This document shows, piece by piece, positions 1 to 12,574 of a DNA stretch of 64,000 nt; within the stretch, counting starts at the first letter, position 1; every line of letters starts with the position of its first letter. The stretch is taken from assembly GCA_951406725.2 (NCBI GenBank), contig OX597818.1:146568001-146632000 (forward strand). Direction: 5' to 3'. Both the position numbers and the translations under genes were made by a program. The notes under the pieces were generated by a model, which saw nothing but the letters and a program-made list of their open reading frames with translations, was not told where the DNA came from and searched no databases. This DNA is from Octopus vulgaris (Eukaryota).

Positions 1-217
1 ATCCCTTAAGATATTAAACAGCCATTCTCTGAGTTTTTCTGTGATACCAAGATTGGTTAGCCTATGGCAGATGATTCTATGAACAATTTTATCAAACGCT
101 TTAGCAAAATCGAGGTATTTACAGTCAGTATTCATTCCTTTTATGCTGGTGTATTTATGTGTGTACATGCAGGAGTGCGTGTCTGTATGTATATACATAA
201 ATATATCTTTCTCCCCC

Positions 218-266
<49 letters not shown>

Positions 267-984
267 TTGTGTATACACACACACACACATGCACACACAG
301 CACACATACACACACACGCACATACGGACGGGGACACACACACACACACGAACATATGAAGAAAATTTCTCAAATACATAGTCTTATAACTTGAGCTCGT
401 GTGGAAATTTCCAGATAGTTTTACTTTTCGGAAAGTAACTCAAACTAATATAACCTCTATTCAGCAATTAGCGACAGAAACCATTTGTCTGTAGGCTAGT
501 ATCATTTCATGTGTGTGTGTGTGTGTGTGCAGCATGATATCTTTTAATGATATGTAACGACGTCAAGATACTTGATAATGACAGTTTGTTCAGAACGTAA
601 CGCTTGTTGCTATAAAGAGAATTCCATATCTATGACTTGTCCACTGCAATGATTAGTTATACGAATAGAAAACCGTGGTCTATGGATAGTGTTGCTTTGC
701 CTGACAGAATGAATTCTATGTTAAAGTGACATGGGACCAATTAAATCTTCATGGTTCAATTAGGTGTTGAGAATACATATTGAAATAAATTCTCTGTCAC
801 TCACTCGCTCTCTCTCTCACTCTTTCTCCGTAAGTTCCCTTCCTTTTTCTCTCTCGTGCTATGTAGCTGGTGGGCAGCACATACCTGCGTATTCCAAGGA
901 ATACCTATACTATTTAACGAAGGTTTTCTTCTGTAAACCTCCTCCGTCAGATGCTGGATTGGCAAAATCGGAGAAAATGCATTG

Positions 985-1358
985 TTTTGTGTGGTAAGTA
1001 GCTTGCTTACAAACCACATGGTTCCAGGTTCAGTTCCACTGCGTGGCATCTTGGGAAACTTTTATTATAGCCTCAGGCCGACGAAAGCCTTGTGAGTGGA
1101 TTTGATAGACGGAAACTGAAAGAAGCTCGTCGTATATGTGTGTGTGTGTGTGTATGTTTGTCGCCCCAGCATCGCTTGATAACCGATGCTGGTGTGTTTA
1201 CATCCCCGTAACTTAGCGGTTCGGCAAAAGAGACCGATAGAATAAGTACTAGGCTTACAAAAAATAAGTTCTGGGGTCGATTTGCTCGACTAAAGTCGGT
1301 GCTCCAGCATGGGCGCAGTCAAATGACTGAAACAAGTAAAGAAAAAGAAAAGAGAGAA
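985..1358 (+). mobile_element. tRNA-derived SINE, family B (internal (TG)n microsatellite, GTAAAAGA-like tail)
   Basis: tRNA-like head (GTGTGGTAAG...GGTTCAGTTCC), then body CCACTGCGTGGCA...GCCTTGTGAGTGGATTTG...AAGTACTAGGCTTAC...TGACTGAAACAAGTAAA. The same body recurs at 4135, 24630, 30350 and 53505. Confidence 0.85.
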
Positions 1359-1469
1359 GGATGAATTTACGTTTCATCCTTCCTGGGTTGTGGACCGGAA
1401 TCGATAAATAACTGCATGAGGATTCCTAGATATGAATGGAATTAGTAGACGAAGATTGCGATAAGTGTG

Positions 1470-1517
<48 letters not shown>

Positions 1518-2039
1518 CGTGTGTGCGTGTGTGTGTTTATGTGTACTTGTGTGTGTGGGTGTTTAAGAATAGCAACGGAACATTTACTTGCATTTGGTTC
1601 TTCCTGGCAGTTTTTATTGATGTTCAAACATCTTCATACGCAGCTGACATTTGTAGTTGTTACACAAATCATGCAATACTTTATATATAAAATTATTAAA
1701 ACTGTTGCTAAAGATGATTTGCTCTAGTTCCGCTAGAATCGTACAGACTTATGATCACGGACCATCCAACCATGACCGAATCAGTTTTTGTATATGCAGG
1801 AATTAGTAATGCATTATCCAGTGTATGGATCCCTTTTTAAGGGTAAATGAGTGTAATCGATAGAATTTTACAGTCATCTATAATGAGTAGTAGGACCGTA
1901 CCGAGGTTACTTTGTTGGCAAATATGAAAAGGGTGAGTATTTATACATCTAGTTGTCGTTTTTCTGCCATACTGAAAACTTATCCTGCGCATATATCACT
2001 AAAAATTGTAGATACACCCACCTCAAGGATGGTTAATAA

Positions 2040-2127
<88 letters not shown>

Positions 2128-4082
2128 GGAATGATTTGAGAACGTACTATTCCTATAAGTGTGAAAATGCGTGCCACATTGGCCGTGAGTTCAGTTCCTG
2201 GACAAGGAAACGCGTGGCGTCCTTCAGCAAGGCTCTTCATTTCTCGCAGCTCCAGTCTACTTAGAGATAATGAATATCAGCTGAGTGCTGGTGCAGCCAT
2301 CTCCTACTCGAGTAGTCAAATGCTAGATTGTTCGCTGGGTCAAAGGTGAGGAGTTGAGAGAGTGTCTTTGTCGCTGCTGGCTACATAGGCACCTAAAACA
2401 TTTAGCGAAAATATAGTACATACTACTAAACCATATTCGCTTGCGAACGACAACTGGCTGTACTTTATGGCCAGTTCCATAAAGATAAATAACAAAATAC
2501 CTATTATCCGGTAATGCGATAATGCCAATATAATATCTCGAATATGTTAGAATTTATGTGATCGAAAGCGTTTACTTCCATCACACACCTACGTCTGTCA
2601 TAACTATTTGCAACTTCCTCTATAGAGTGAAAACAGAAAATATCTGGGTATAACTCATATCAATGCGAAAAACCTAGCTTACAATGGCAGAGGCGTAATA
2701 GGTCCGGTAAAGGTGAGTTATGCAAACAAATAATATCCAATTGCTGCAATGCAGTCCGCAATAACTTTTACAAGATATTCATATATCAACGCATAATAGC
2801 TGTTGGACCCCATACGGCCATGTATATCAACACCTGCAACATTGCCTTTCATAACTTTGCTTTCTGTACATGTGTGGAGATTGTGTGTGAGTGTGTTCAA
2901 GCATGGGAGCGTCTTTGTAAGAGTACAATAACTCCTTACCCACTGCTGTTTCGTTTATCCATTCACAGCTAACAACATATTTCTCGTGGGTTTTCTCAAT
3001 CCATGCGATTGCAATCAAATGATTGACTGCGTAAATTACAACACAGCGCAGATACTAACAAATAAATAATAGCATGTTCCATAATTATCTCCAAGTTATG
3101 TAGTTTCTGACTACTGTTAATTTGTTTCAAATTTAATTAGACGATTTCTTTTATTTATACTTGCTTCATATGAATGTATGGTCGTATATATGTATGCATG
3201 TTCATATGTATGTAAGTATGTATGTGTCTATGTATATAACATTTCCTTCCATAATCATCGCGAATCAACGAAATAAAACTACACAAAGAGAAACGAAACG
3301 AAAGAAGAAGAATCTACGAGGCAGAACAATACGCATTCGATATTTGTTCCAACGAAATTATTTTGAGTAATCAACTGGAACATTGTATTATAGTGGCAAA
3401 GAACAAAAGAACAATTAGTTATCGAACGTTTAGTAAGAGAATTTCTTTCTGCTGCCCTTGTGTATTTGTGCTTCAGTGTATTTCTAACCGGTTATTATTT
3501 CATTCGGTCTAATTATGAATTCAATATTATCGATGTTTACCGAAAGCCGACATCTCCATTCTTTAAGGGGCTGCGGGGATTTTATTATGTTTTTGGACTT
3601 ATGGTTTTTTCAAAATAAATTCAATTATACTTTGCTGGTTTTTCTCTATTTTATTTTATTTTGTTGTTCTTTAAAAAAAGGAATCTTACCAGGTGAGAAA
3701 CTAATTTTCTGTAAATACGTGAGGAACTGAATAATATTGAAGGAAGCACTCTAAAGCGAGTAGTAAGCTCCCAAAGAATACAAAGACACACGAGTGGTTT
3801 CGATTCCTAACGGAAACAATTTCATTTATGCTGGTGAAAGTTTAAAGTAAAAGGCATAAGCATCATAACTTTCCATTCCACCTTAAGGTTCTGCCTTCTG
3901 ATTATACTGGAAACGAAACCAAGGTATATATATATATATATAAGGCAAATAAAATGAAGGAGATATACAAACGACGAACATCAGCCAATGAACATTCAGT
4001 TATATCTATTTGTTAAACGATTGCAAACTTATGTGTGAGTGATACAAATTAACGAATAAAATAAGTCAATAACTGCATAAAC

Positions 4083-4128
<46 letters not shown>

Positions 4129-4509
4129 ATATTATTTCTCTTTTACTTGTTTCAGTCATTTGACTGCGGCCATGCTGGAGCACTACCTTTAGTCGGGCAA
4201 ATCGACCCCGTGACTTATTCTTTGTAAACCTAGTACTTATTCTATCGGTCTGTTTTGCCGAACCGCTAAGTTATGGGGACGGAAACACATCAGCATCGGT
4301 TGCCAAGCAATGCTAGGGGGACAAACACAGACACACAAACACATACACACACATACATATATACATATATACGACAGGCTTCTTTCAGTTTCCGTCTACC
4401 AAATCCACTCACAAGGCATTGGTCGGCCCGAGGCTATAGCAGAAGACACTTGCCCAAGATGCCACGCAGTGGGACTGAACTCGGAACCATGTGGTTGGTA
4501 AGCAAGCTA

Positions 4510-5792
4510 CGAGGGACGTTCAATAAGTAATGCCTCTGACCCACTTGCAGTTGTTTGATCTAGCTGAAATTTTGCATGTGCAATTATTTATATCTCTATA
4601 GATTAAGTGGCAAATTACAGCTCTGAACTAATTGTAGTTCTGATTTACAAGTGTTTGAACTAAGTCAAGTGTGAAATGGAGCCTGTTGAGTGTCGAGCAG
4701 TGATCTGGTTTTTGTATTTGAAAGGGCGCACACCATGGGGGACTTTTGATGAAATGAAAGTAACTTATGGTGATGATGCCCCATCATATGACCTTGTAAA
4801 ACGCTGGCATCGTGAATTCAAACATGGTCGGAACTCTGTGGAAACAACTCCCAGATCTGGTCGCCCCTTCTGCCATTGATGAGGCATCTGTCCGTCAAGT
4901 TGAGGCTGCCATTTTGGAAGATCAACGCATAACTATTCGCCAAATAGCCCATGAGGTCAAGATTAGTACCGGGTCTGTGGAAACTATCATTCATGACCAT
5001 TTGCATATGCAAAAGGTGTCTGCCAGATGGATTCCCCCGTTGTTCACACCTTTCCAGAAGCGTCGAGTGCTGGAGGATGAATTTGGAGATGTGCCAAGAA
5101 GATGAGTCAAAATTTTTCAGAAGACTGATTACACAGGATAAAACCTGGGTCCATCACTATGATCCAGAGACCAAACCCCAGTCAATTCAGTGGAAGCACC
5201 GTGACTCACCTCCTCCAAAGAAGGCAAGGGTGCAGCCCTCCGCTGGCAAGGTCATGCTCACAGTCTTCTGGGACCAGGACGGAGTAGTGATGACAGATTT
5301 CCTGGCAAAGGGTACCACGATTACAGGAGCCTATTATGCTTCACTTTTGAAGAAATTAAGAGAAGCTATCAAAATCAAGAGGCGGGGCAAGATCAGCAAA
5401 GGCATCCTCCTCCTGCAGGACAACGCTCCGGTCCACAACTCGCGTTTCGCCAGATCAGAAACACAGGCGTGCCGCTATGAACTCCTCTCCCATATGAACT
5501 ACTCTCCTGACCTTGCACCTTCTGCTTTTCACCTCTTCCCAGCCATGAAGTTGTTTTTGTAAGGAAAGCGTTTCCCTATATGATGCAGCCTTGATCTCTG
5601 AAGTCACGTCGTGGTTGAAGGACCAAACTGGGGTCTTCTACAAAAACGGTCTCCAGAGCTGCGTCAAACGATGGGAGAAATGCGTAACTCTGGGTGGTTC
5701 CTATGTATAAAAAGACTAATAACTGTGCCAAGTTTCGTTGCTCTACTGCTATGGGAAGTGGCTCAGGGGCATTACTTATTGAACGCCCCTCG
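4510..5792 (+). mobile_element. Full-length mariner DNA transposon (DD34D, irritans-like)
   Basis: 30-bp TIRs CGAGGGACGTTCAATAAGTAATGCCTCTGA / TCAGGGGCATTACTTATTGAACGCCCCTCG (28/30 match), TA target duplication at 4508-4509 and 5793-5794, length 1283 bp. Confidence 0.95.
4676..5719 (+). pseudogene. Mariner transposase pseudogene (frameshifts, stop, third catalytic D changed to A)
   Basis: Spliced across ORFs 4676, 4812 and 4951: RAVIWFL..., RSGRP, KVSARWIP, TQDKTWVHHYDPETK, KVMLTVFWD, LLQDNAPVH, YSPDLAPSAFHLF (normally YSPDLAPSDF), KRWEKCV. Confidence 0.93.
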
Positions 5793-5820
5793 TACTTACC
5801 ACACAGCCACTCCTGCGCCT

Positions 5821-5885
<65 letters not shown>

Positions 5886-5889
<4 letters not shown>

Positions 5890-6470
5890 CTTAGATAAAC
5901 TTAGATGTTTCGACCACAGATTGGTCCAGGCCATGTCTAACTTAATAGCACCACCTGATAGGATTATCTAAATCTTGTTTAAGTCAAGTTTTGTTTATGG
6001 TCCATTCAAGTAGTGAGCTTTTGTTGGGTGAGTTGTATCCAATTATGGGTGGCTTATCTGGTATTCCTTGAAGGAATCTATCCAGACTCCGTTTAAAGTT
6101 GATGGGATCCTTTTCCTCTTTGATCTCTTTCGGGACAATGTTAAATAGGGCAGGGCCTGTTGAGGAAAAGAAATTATGTTGCAGTGTACATGTATGCTGT
6201 GATCTTGAATTGGGCAGGGGACGTATGGCCCGTGGTCCCAGTCTAGGATGAACCTTGAAGCTAACGTTCACGGCGACGCTGGAGAGAGTAGAGTTTCAAG
6301 GCTTTAAGGCGGTCCCAATAATCGAGAGCAGCCATGCCTTCAATTCGTTTAGTGAGTGCCCTCTGGGGTGATTCAATCCTCGAGATGTTTTGTCTTGTAT
6401 GGGGAGACCACAGTGGGCAGCAGTATTCGAGGTGTGGCCGTACAAAGGAGGAGAAAAGTGGTATGATGAC
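5886..6470 (-). mobile_element. 5'-truncated CR1-clade LINE (ORF2 C-terminus, 3' UTR, short-repeat tail)
   Basis: FVRPHLEYCCPLWSP...IESPQRALTKRIEG...YWDRLKALKLYSLQRRRER and FNIVPKEI...FKRSLDRFL are typical CR1 C-terminal motifs. The 3' end carries (ATCTAAGTTT)2. Confidence 0.85.
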
Positions 6471-6595
6471 ACCTTGTATATATATATATATACACAGAAA
6501 CAAATGAATAATAATATATGAGTGTACAGATACTAATCCCTTACCGCCGTTTCTACCATGTGGCTACAAAAGCTTATTACTATATATATATACAC

Positions 6596-6638
<43 letters not shown>

Positions 6639-6889
6639 CCAATATATGTGTGCGCATGCGCGTAATAAATGTGGATTGATATATTTCATGTTTTACATAC
6701 TCGTTTGTTCGTTTGCTCTGATGATTTCCTGACCTTTGCTGCTGCTACTGCTGCTGCTACTGCTGCTGTTGCTGATGATGATGTCATTATAGTTAAGTTT
6801 GTTCAGACTAGCTCCGTCCATCACTGCCCTTTCAATTTTATATCTATGACAGCAATATCTGAGTTGTTTTTTTTATGCTTAAGGTATGA

Positions 6890-7100
6890 CCAAGTGGGTA
6901 GGGCGTTCGGCTCACGAGCACGACGTGGTGCGTTCGTTTCCTTGGCAGGATGATGCATAGCATCCCCCAGCAAGATGCTTTATTTCACGTTGCTCCATTC
7001 TACTCGCTTTTACTAAGCATCTGTCAGCGTATTTATACAGCCGTCTTTCCCTACAGCTGTCACACACTGGGTCAACAATGAAGGAAGTGAGTTATGCTTG
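6890..7100 (+). mobile_element. tRNA-derived SINE, family C (degenerate)
   Basis: AGTGGGTAGGGCGTTCGGCTCACG...CAAGATGCTTTATTTCACGTTGCTCCA matches the copies at 32085-32385 and 56335-56670. Confidence 0.6.
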
Positions 7101-7356
7101 CGTCTACTCGCGACTACAGAGTCAACTAAAACAATTAGCAGAACCATTTCCACATGTCACCAAGCTATATTCGGTGGCGGGTAACAGGGTTAGGTCCACA
7201 ATATGACTGGAGATAAGGGCGATTTGAAATATACTTGGCTGCTTATTGCTAGCAGACCGAGTGACAATGCAGAAAGTTCACTGGGGATTCTTTTCCTTTT
7301 GATAATAGGTGGTGGGGTTGGTTTATATTTATCTAACTACAAATATAATATCGGCT

Positions 7357-7772
7357 AAAGGCGGCGAGCTGGCAGAATCGTTAGCACGCCGGGCGAAATG
7401 CTTAGCAGTCTTTCGTCTGCCGCTACGTTCTGAGTTCAAATTCTGCCGAGGTCGACTTTGCTTTCATCCTTTCAGATTCGATTAAATAAGTACCAGTTAC
7501 GCACTAGGGTCGATATAATCGACTTAATGCGTTGTCTGTCCTTGTTTGTCCTCTTTGTGTTTAGCCCCTTGTGGGTAGTAAAGAAATAGGTATTTCGTCT
7601 GACGTTACGTTCTGAGTTCAAGTTTCGCCAAGGTTGACTTTGCCTTTCATCCTTTCGAGGTCGATTAAATAAGTACCAGTTACGCACTGCAGTCGATGTA
7701 ATCGCCTTAATCCCTTTGCCTGTTCTTGTTTGTCCCCTCCGTGTGTAGCCCCTGGGGGTAGTAAAGAAATAA
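7357..7772 (+). mobile_element. tRNA-derived SINE, family A, with tandem duplication of the body
   Basis: Head AAGGCGGCGAGCTGGCAGAA...GAGTTCAAATTC, conserved central GTCGACTTTGCCTTTCATCCTTTC..GTCGATTAAATAAGTACCAG. The body is repeated without a head from ~7588. Confidence 0.85.
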
Positions 7773-8216
7773 AATATAATATCAGCTGCCTCTTCTGTTC
7801 TACGCTTACAAGTAAGATAACTTGCTCGTACATCTTTACTTTATAACTTTCCTAGATGTTGCTGGTGCTGCAACTCCAACATCACCAATACTGCATTAAC
7901 GCCACTAGCATCATCACTATCATTATAACGGTTTCCACCAGGAAGCGCCACCATCATCACCATCACCACTTCCACTTCTGTTGCTATCTCCTTCACACAA
8001 ACACCTATAGTGAACACTACAAACACATTCATTGCCACAAACATCTCAAGAATGAAAGGTTTTGACATTTCATTGCTCTATGACGCGACTATGCTAGATA
8101 ATCACGCATAAATGACACAGTATGTTGTCAACACACACACATACACACACACGTGTGTATGAGTGTATGTATGTATGTGCATATGTATGTGTGTAAGTTT
8201 ATATCTATATCATATG

Positions 8217-8251
<35 letters not shown>

Positions 8252-8263
8252 ATCTATCTCTCA

Positions 8264-8304
<41 letters not shown>

Positions 8305-8310
8305 TATATT

Positions 8311-8377
<67 letters not shown>

Positions 8378-8427
8378 CGAGAGAGATATACAATCAAAGG
8401 TTATAATATGATATAATATGATATATG

Positions 8428-8486
<59 letters not shown>

Positions 8487-8654
8487 TGTGTGTATGTATA
8501 CGTGATATACATATTATATACCACACACCCACATACACACCCAAACACACATACACGCAAATATACACACACACACTAGCACATGCAAATACATTAGCAG
8601 ATACACATAACCACGCACAAATATGAAGGGAAGTATTTAATACGTAACTGAGGA

Positions 8655-8900
8655 TTAAGACGGAGAACTGACAAAAGCGTCAGCGCGCTGCGCAAAATGC
8701 TTAGCGATATATCGTCCGTCGTTACATTCTGAGTTCAAATTCCACCGAGGTTGACTTTGCCTTTCATCCTTTCGGGGTCGATAAAATAAGTACCAGTTGT
8801 GTACAGGGGTCGATGTAATCGATTTACCAACACCCTGCCCTGCCTCACACACATGCACACCAAACTGCTGACCCTGTGCCAAAATTTAAATCCAAGATAT
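8655..8900 (+). mobile_element. Family A SINE
   Basis: GAGTTCAAATTCCACCGAGGTTGACTTTGCCTTTCATCCTTTCGGGGTCGATAAAATAAGTACCAG. Confidence 0.8.
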
Positions 8901-9496
8901 AATTGAGGATTAATAACTATAAAAGTAACCAAACAGAAAACTGAAAATTCTTACCATCGTCACGTGAAGTTCCGCGTAGCTACTTTTTAATACGACTAAA
9001 GAATTTAGCTCAGATTACGAATTATTATTTGCTTAAGATGTAGCTTGCAAATAATAAGGTTTTCTTATTTAAAAACTTTTAATGTAATTTAACGTTTAAG
9101 GTTAAATTTTACATTATGTGTTTAAATCTTAGTATTTTGAAGCCTGTTTTTGACCAGCACTTCGATAGTTATGATTCCTTTTGATTCCTTATATTTGATT
9201 CCTTATATTTCCTTTCTTACTGTACTACACAGCATCCCTTTCGGGAAGGTTTCCAGTATTTATTTCTTCTTTCATTTCAGCTTTTTCACGTTCAACTTAG
9301 TTTCAATCGTTTCTGGTGAAATGTACGCTGAGTAGTTTTACACGTCAGTTTCCAAAGTGTAATGTGACTCATTTTGCTCTTGAGAGAGTGACAGAGAGAG
9401 AAAGAAATAATCTATACCAGTCCCTAACGAAAGACAAAATTCATCATGGCAGGATTTGAACATCGATTGCAGAAAACGGGAATGAATTGCATAAGG

Positions 9497-9545
<49 letters not shown>

Positions 9546-9579
9546 TATAATAAGGGATAACCACTAAGTGGTCATCCAA

Positions 9580-9770
9580 TATGCGGTATTTCGTCTGTCG
9601 TTACGTTGTGAGTTCAAATTCCGCCGAGGTTGACTTTGCCTTTCATCCTTTCGGGATCGATAAATTAAGTACCAGTTCCGCACTGGGGGTCGATGTAATC
9701 GACTTAATCCCTATGTCTGTCCTTGTTTGTCCCCTCTATGTTTAGTCCCTTGTGGGTAATAAAGAAAAAA
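9580..9770 (+). mobile_element. Family A SINE, headless
   Basis: Same central domain and 3' part (GTCCTTGTTTGTCCCCTCT...AAAGAAA). Confidence 0.8.
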
Positions 9771-9799
9771 TATATATATACACATATATATATATATAG

Positions 9800-10272
9800 A
9801 AGTACAATGAGCAGTAATCCGAGAGATGGCAATAGTGAACCGATTTACCTTTACCATCTCTCGAGCTTGCTGAATCTTTTCGTCAGTGTTGGAGGTTGAC
9901 GGGCGTCCTGCTCCCTATTCGTGCGTCACGCTTGTCCGGCCACTTTTAAACTCCTCGATCCACTCATACACACTTCTACGCAGTTCTGCACTGGCCACGT
10001 ATTGTGCTAAAAGTCTCACATGAATTTCAGCACCTGACACACCTTCTGACCAGAGAAATCGGATCACTGCTCTATGTTCTGCTTTGCTGCACATTGCTAG
10101 TGGAGCCGCCATATTTACACTGTAAAGCCAGAACGAAAAGTGGCGCGATCAGGGTCAAACTTCGATCACGTGATTACAATAGTAAACTATAAGCACGCAG
10201 GTGCAGAAAGTACTATGACAATAATAAAGATACGTTATGGCGATAGTGCGGATAATTTTTCAACTCCCCTCG
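9800..10272 (-). mobile_element. 5' half of a mariner element
   Basis: TA-CGAGGGGAGTTGAAAAATT terminus on the minus strand. ORF 9915-10112 reads EHRAVIRFLWSEG...RSVYEWIEEFKSGRTSV, then GAGRPSTS after a stop. Confidence 0.85.
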
Positions 10273-11309
10273 TATGTGTATGTGTGAGTGTGTGTGTGCG
10301 TGTGTGTAATTGTATGTATGTATATATATATATGTATTTGTATATATATATATATATATATATATACTCTGTTCCTTAACGCTTGTTGGTATATATATAT
10401 ATACACTTTTACATATGTATATATACATATATATACGAGCGCGCGCGCACACACACACACAAACACGCACACAAACACGTACACATACGCGTGCGCGCAT
10501 GCACACACACACATAACCACACAAAGACGCATACACATATAAGGCAGAATAGCAGAATCGTTAGAGCGTTAGGTGGAATATTTTTTACATTTTTACCAAC
10601 ATTCTGGAAGCTTATTTGAAATCCCTCTGAGATCAACTTTGCCTTGCATTCTTTCGATATGAGGACGGTGGATTTCTGGAACTATGAAAGAGTCTAACGA
10701 CATACCTGGCCGCATCCCTACCGGCCTTTCGCTTTTCTTAGTCTATGATATGCAAATATTTATGTATATATGTTTGAGAACTTGTATTACAAAACTGCAT
10801 GATATATGTTGCTGATGGATGAATAGAGAGAAATAAAAAGGGATAACAGTTAAATGTTTTAAACGACACCTGCAGCTCTTGTAGCAATCAGCATTGTTGC
10901 TATAGATACAGCATGCTGCAATGCAGCCATCTTTAAATGCTTTGTCACCGAGGCAGCAGGTGCTGGACTTAATTTGACTTTTGTGTTGTTGTTGTTGTCA
11001 CTGTTGTTCTACTTCTACTACTTTGGTGGTGGTTGTGGTGGTGGTTTTTTTTTGTTTTGTTTTTTGCCTTTTCAATGCAATTTCAGCAAAAAGACTTATG
11101 ATCAGAGGCTTTCAGCTGGAGCATTCCAATATACTAATTTCCTTTTCAGGACATTAGGGTACGATTTAAGAGAAATTTGGCTGCTACAATAGAATAGTTT
11201 CACTGAGAAGGTAGACACTCTCATGCTTGTTTATTGTTGGTGTTGTTGGATTCTTTTTTATTTATTGTTGCTATTTCGGCTCAGGTCAACACAGATCAAG
11301 TAGTTTCTA

Positions 11310-11440
11310 TTCTATTCTAGGCAGAAGGCCCGAAAATTTGGGGAAGGGGCCAGTCGATTAGATCGACCCCAGTACGCAACTGATACTTAATTTACCGACC
11401 GCGAAAGATGAAAGGCAAACTCGAACTCGGCGGAATAAGT
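11310..11440 (-). mobile_element. Family A SINE fragment
   Basis: GATCGACCCCAGTACGCAACTGATACTTAATTT...GATGAAAGGCAAA. Confidence 0.7.
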
Positions 11441-11700
11441 GGTTTTATAATGACCTTTCCAACCGTAATCGTACCGTCTTTTTAAAGGTACTGGGACAGA
11501 GTCTTAGAGAGTCATACGGAATACCTTTTTAAGGTTTGAGTTCAAAACCCACCGAGTCCATGCCTTTCATCCATACGAGATTTCATTCGTCTGTTTGAAT
11601 TCGGAAATACTGGGTTTTAGATGTATGTTGTCTGACGACGCTTGGTCAGATAAGTATGTTTAATTTTTACATTTGCTCTCAAATTTAAAATCTTGAATTT

Positions 11701-11782
11701 CTGTACTGAAGAGGAGAATGATGGAGTGGAAATGTGGTTTTTATATTTTTCACATCTATCTAACTCCGAAACGCGTCTACAG
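11701..11782 (+). ncRNA. Type I hammerhead ribozyme (intact core)
   Basis: Stem I CTGTA/TACAG. Core CTGAAGA (11706-11712). Stem II GGAG/CTCC with a long extended hairpin. GAAA (11768-11771). Palindromic stem III A-CGCG-T. GUC cleavage triplet, cut after 11777. Confidence 0.85.
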
Positions 11783-12098
11783 TTAATCAAATCCGGGTGG
11801 ATTCGTTATTTTTTCTCTTTGGGTTGTTGAGTATTGTTGTTTGGGAGATTTTCTTATGGTAGAGAAATAGCTAGTTTTAACTGCTATTTCTAAATTTCGG
11901 TATGTGGTGAGGCAAATTTTTTGTTGAACACTAATTATAATTATACGCATAATTATAAAAAGTTTTGTGTATGTATTTAAATACATAAGAGATGGCCATA
12001 ATGGGACATCTGATTTACTAGAAAGAGCAGTTAAACTCCAAACCACTAATAGTTGTAATTCTGAAAGGGAAAGAGAAATAAAAACGTTTACCCTTTCT

Positions 12099-12187
12099 TT
12101 TCTGGACTATGCATAGTTTCGGCAATCTTTTGTAAATAAAATAAAATTATTTTAATTTACAATTGGCGTTGCCATCTTCAGCAGGAA
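12099..12187 (-). ncRNA. Type I hammerhead ribozyme (intact core, one extra U after A9)
   Basis: Minus strand reads TTCCTG-CTGAAGA-T-GGCAA...TTGTAAAT...ATTTACAA...TTGCC-GAAA-CTATGCATAG-TC-CAGAAA. Stem III is the 12-nt palindrome ACTATGCATAGT, the triplet is GUC, and stem I has one mismatch. Confidence 0.8.
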
Positions 12188-12372
12188 GCCAAGGCTAACA
12201 TATTGGCACGAGGCGATAAGGACCATGCCTCGAGTCTATATGCTATAACTTTTCAAAATCCACCACGCTCGTGCGATTTTTCAGCAGTATATATAACTGC
12301 CGATTTTATTTCAAAATTAGCCAAAAAATCCTTTTATCATTAATTAATAAATTTTAGGGTAGCAAAAAAAAC

Positions 12373-12553
12373 TCTAGAAAAATTCTCCGCTACCAGTGGT
12401 CTAGCGGGAAGGAAAAAATAGTCAATAGACTATATAATATACATTTAAATACATAAGAGATGGTAGCGGAGAATTTTTCTAGAATTTTTCTCCGCTACCA
12501 TTCTAGCAGAACTAGACGTCTAGTTCTGATGACGTCTAGTTCTGCTAGAATGG
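12373..12553. repeat. Cluster of nested perfect inverted repeats
   Basis: 23-bp IR 12373-12395/12461-12483, 14-bp IR 12460-12473/12488-12501, 23-bp IR 12498-12520/12531-12553, and an internal 22-bp palindrome CAGAACTAGACGTCTAGTTCTG (12507-12528). Confidence 0.9.
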
Positions 12554-12574
12554 ACAGAATACAAACAGGGGACA

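Larger units (their letters stand above)
4135..5820 (-). mobile_element. Family B SINE split by a mariner insertion (SINE parts 4135-4509 and 5793-5820)
   Basis: The SINE reads ...GGTAAGCAAGCTA | mariner | TACTTACCACACAGCCACTCCTGCGCCT. Removing the mariner and one TA restores the contiguous SINE head. Confidence 0.9.
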
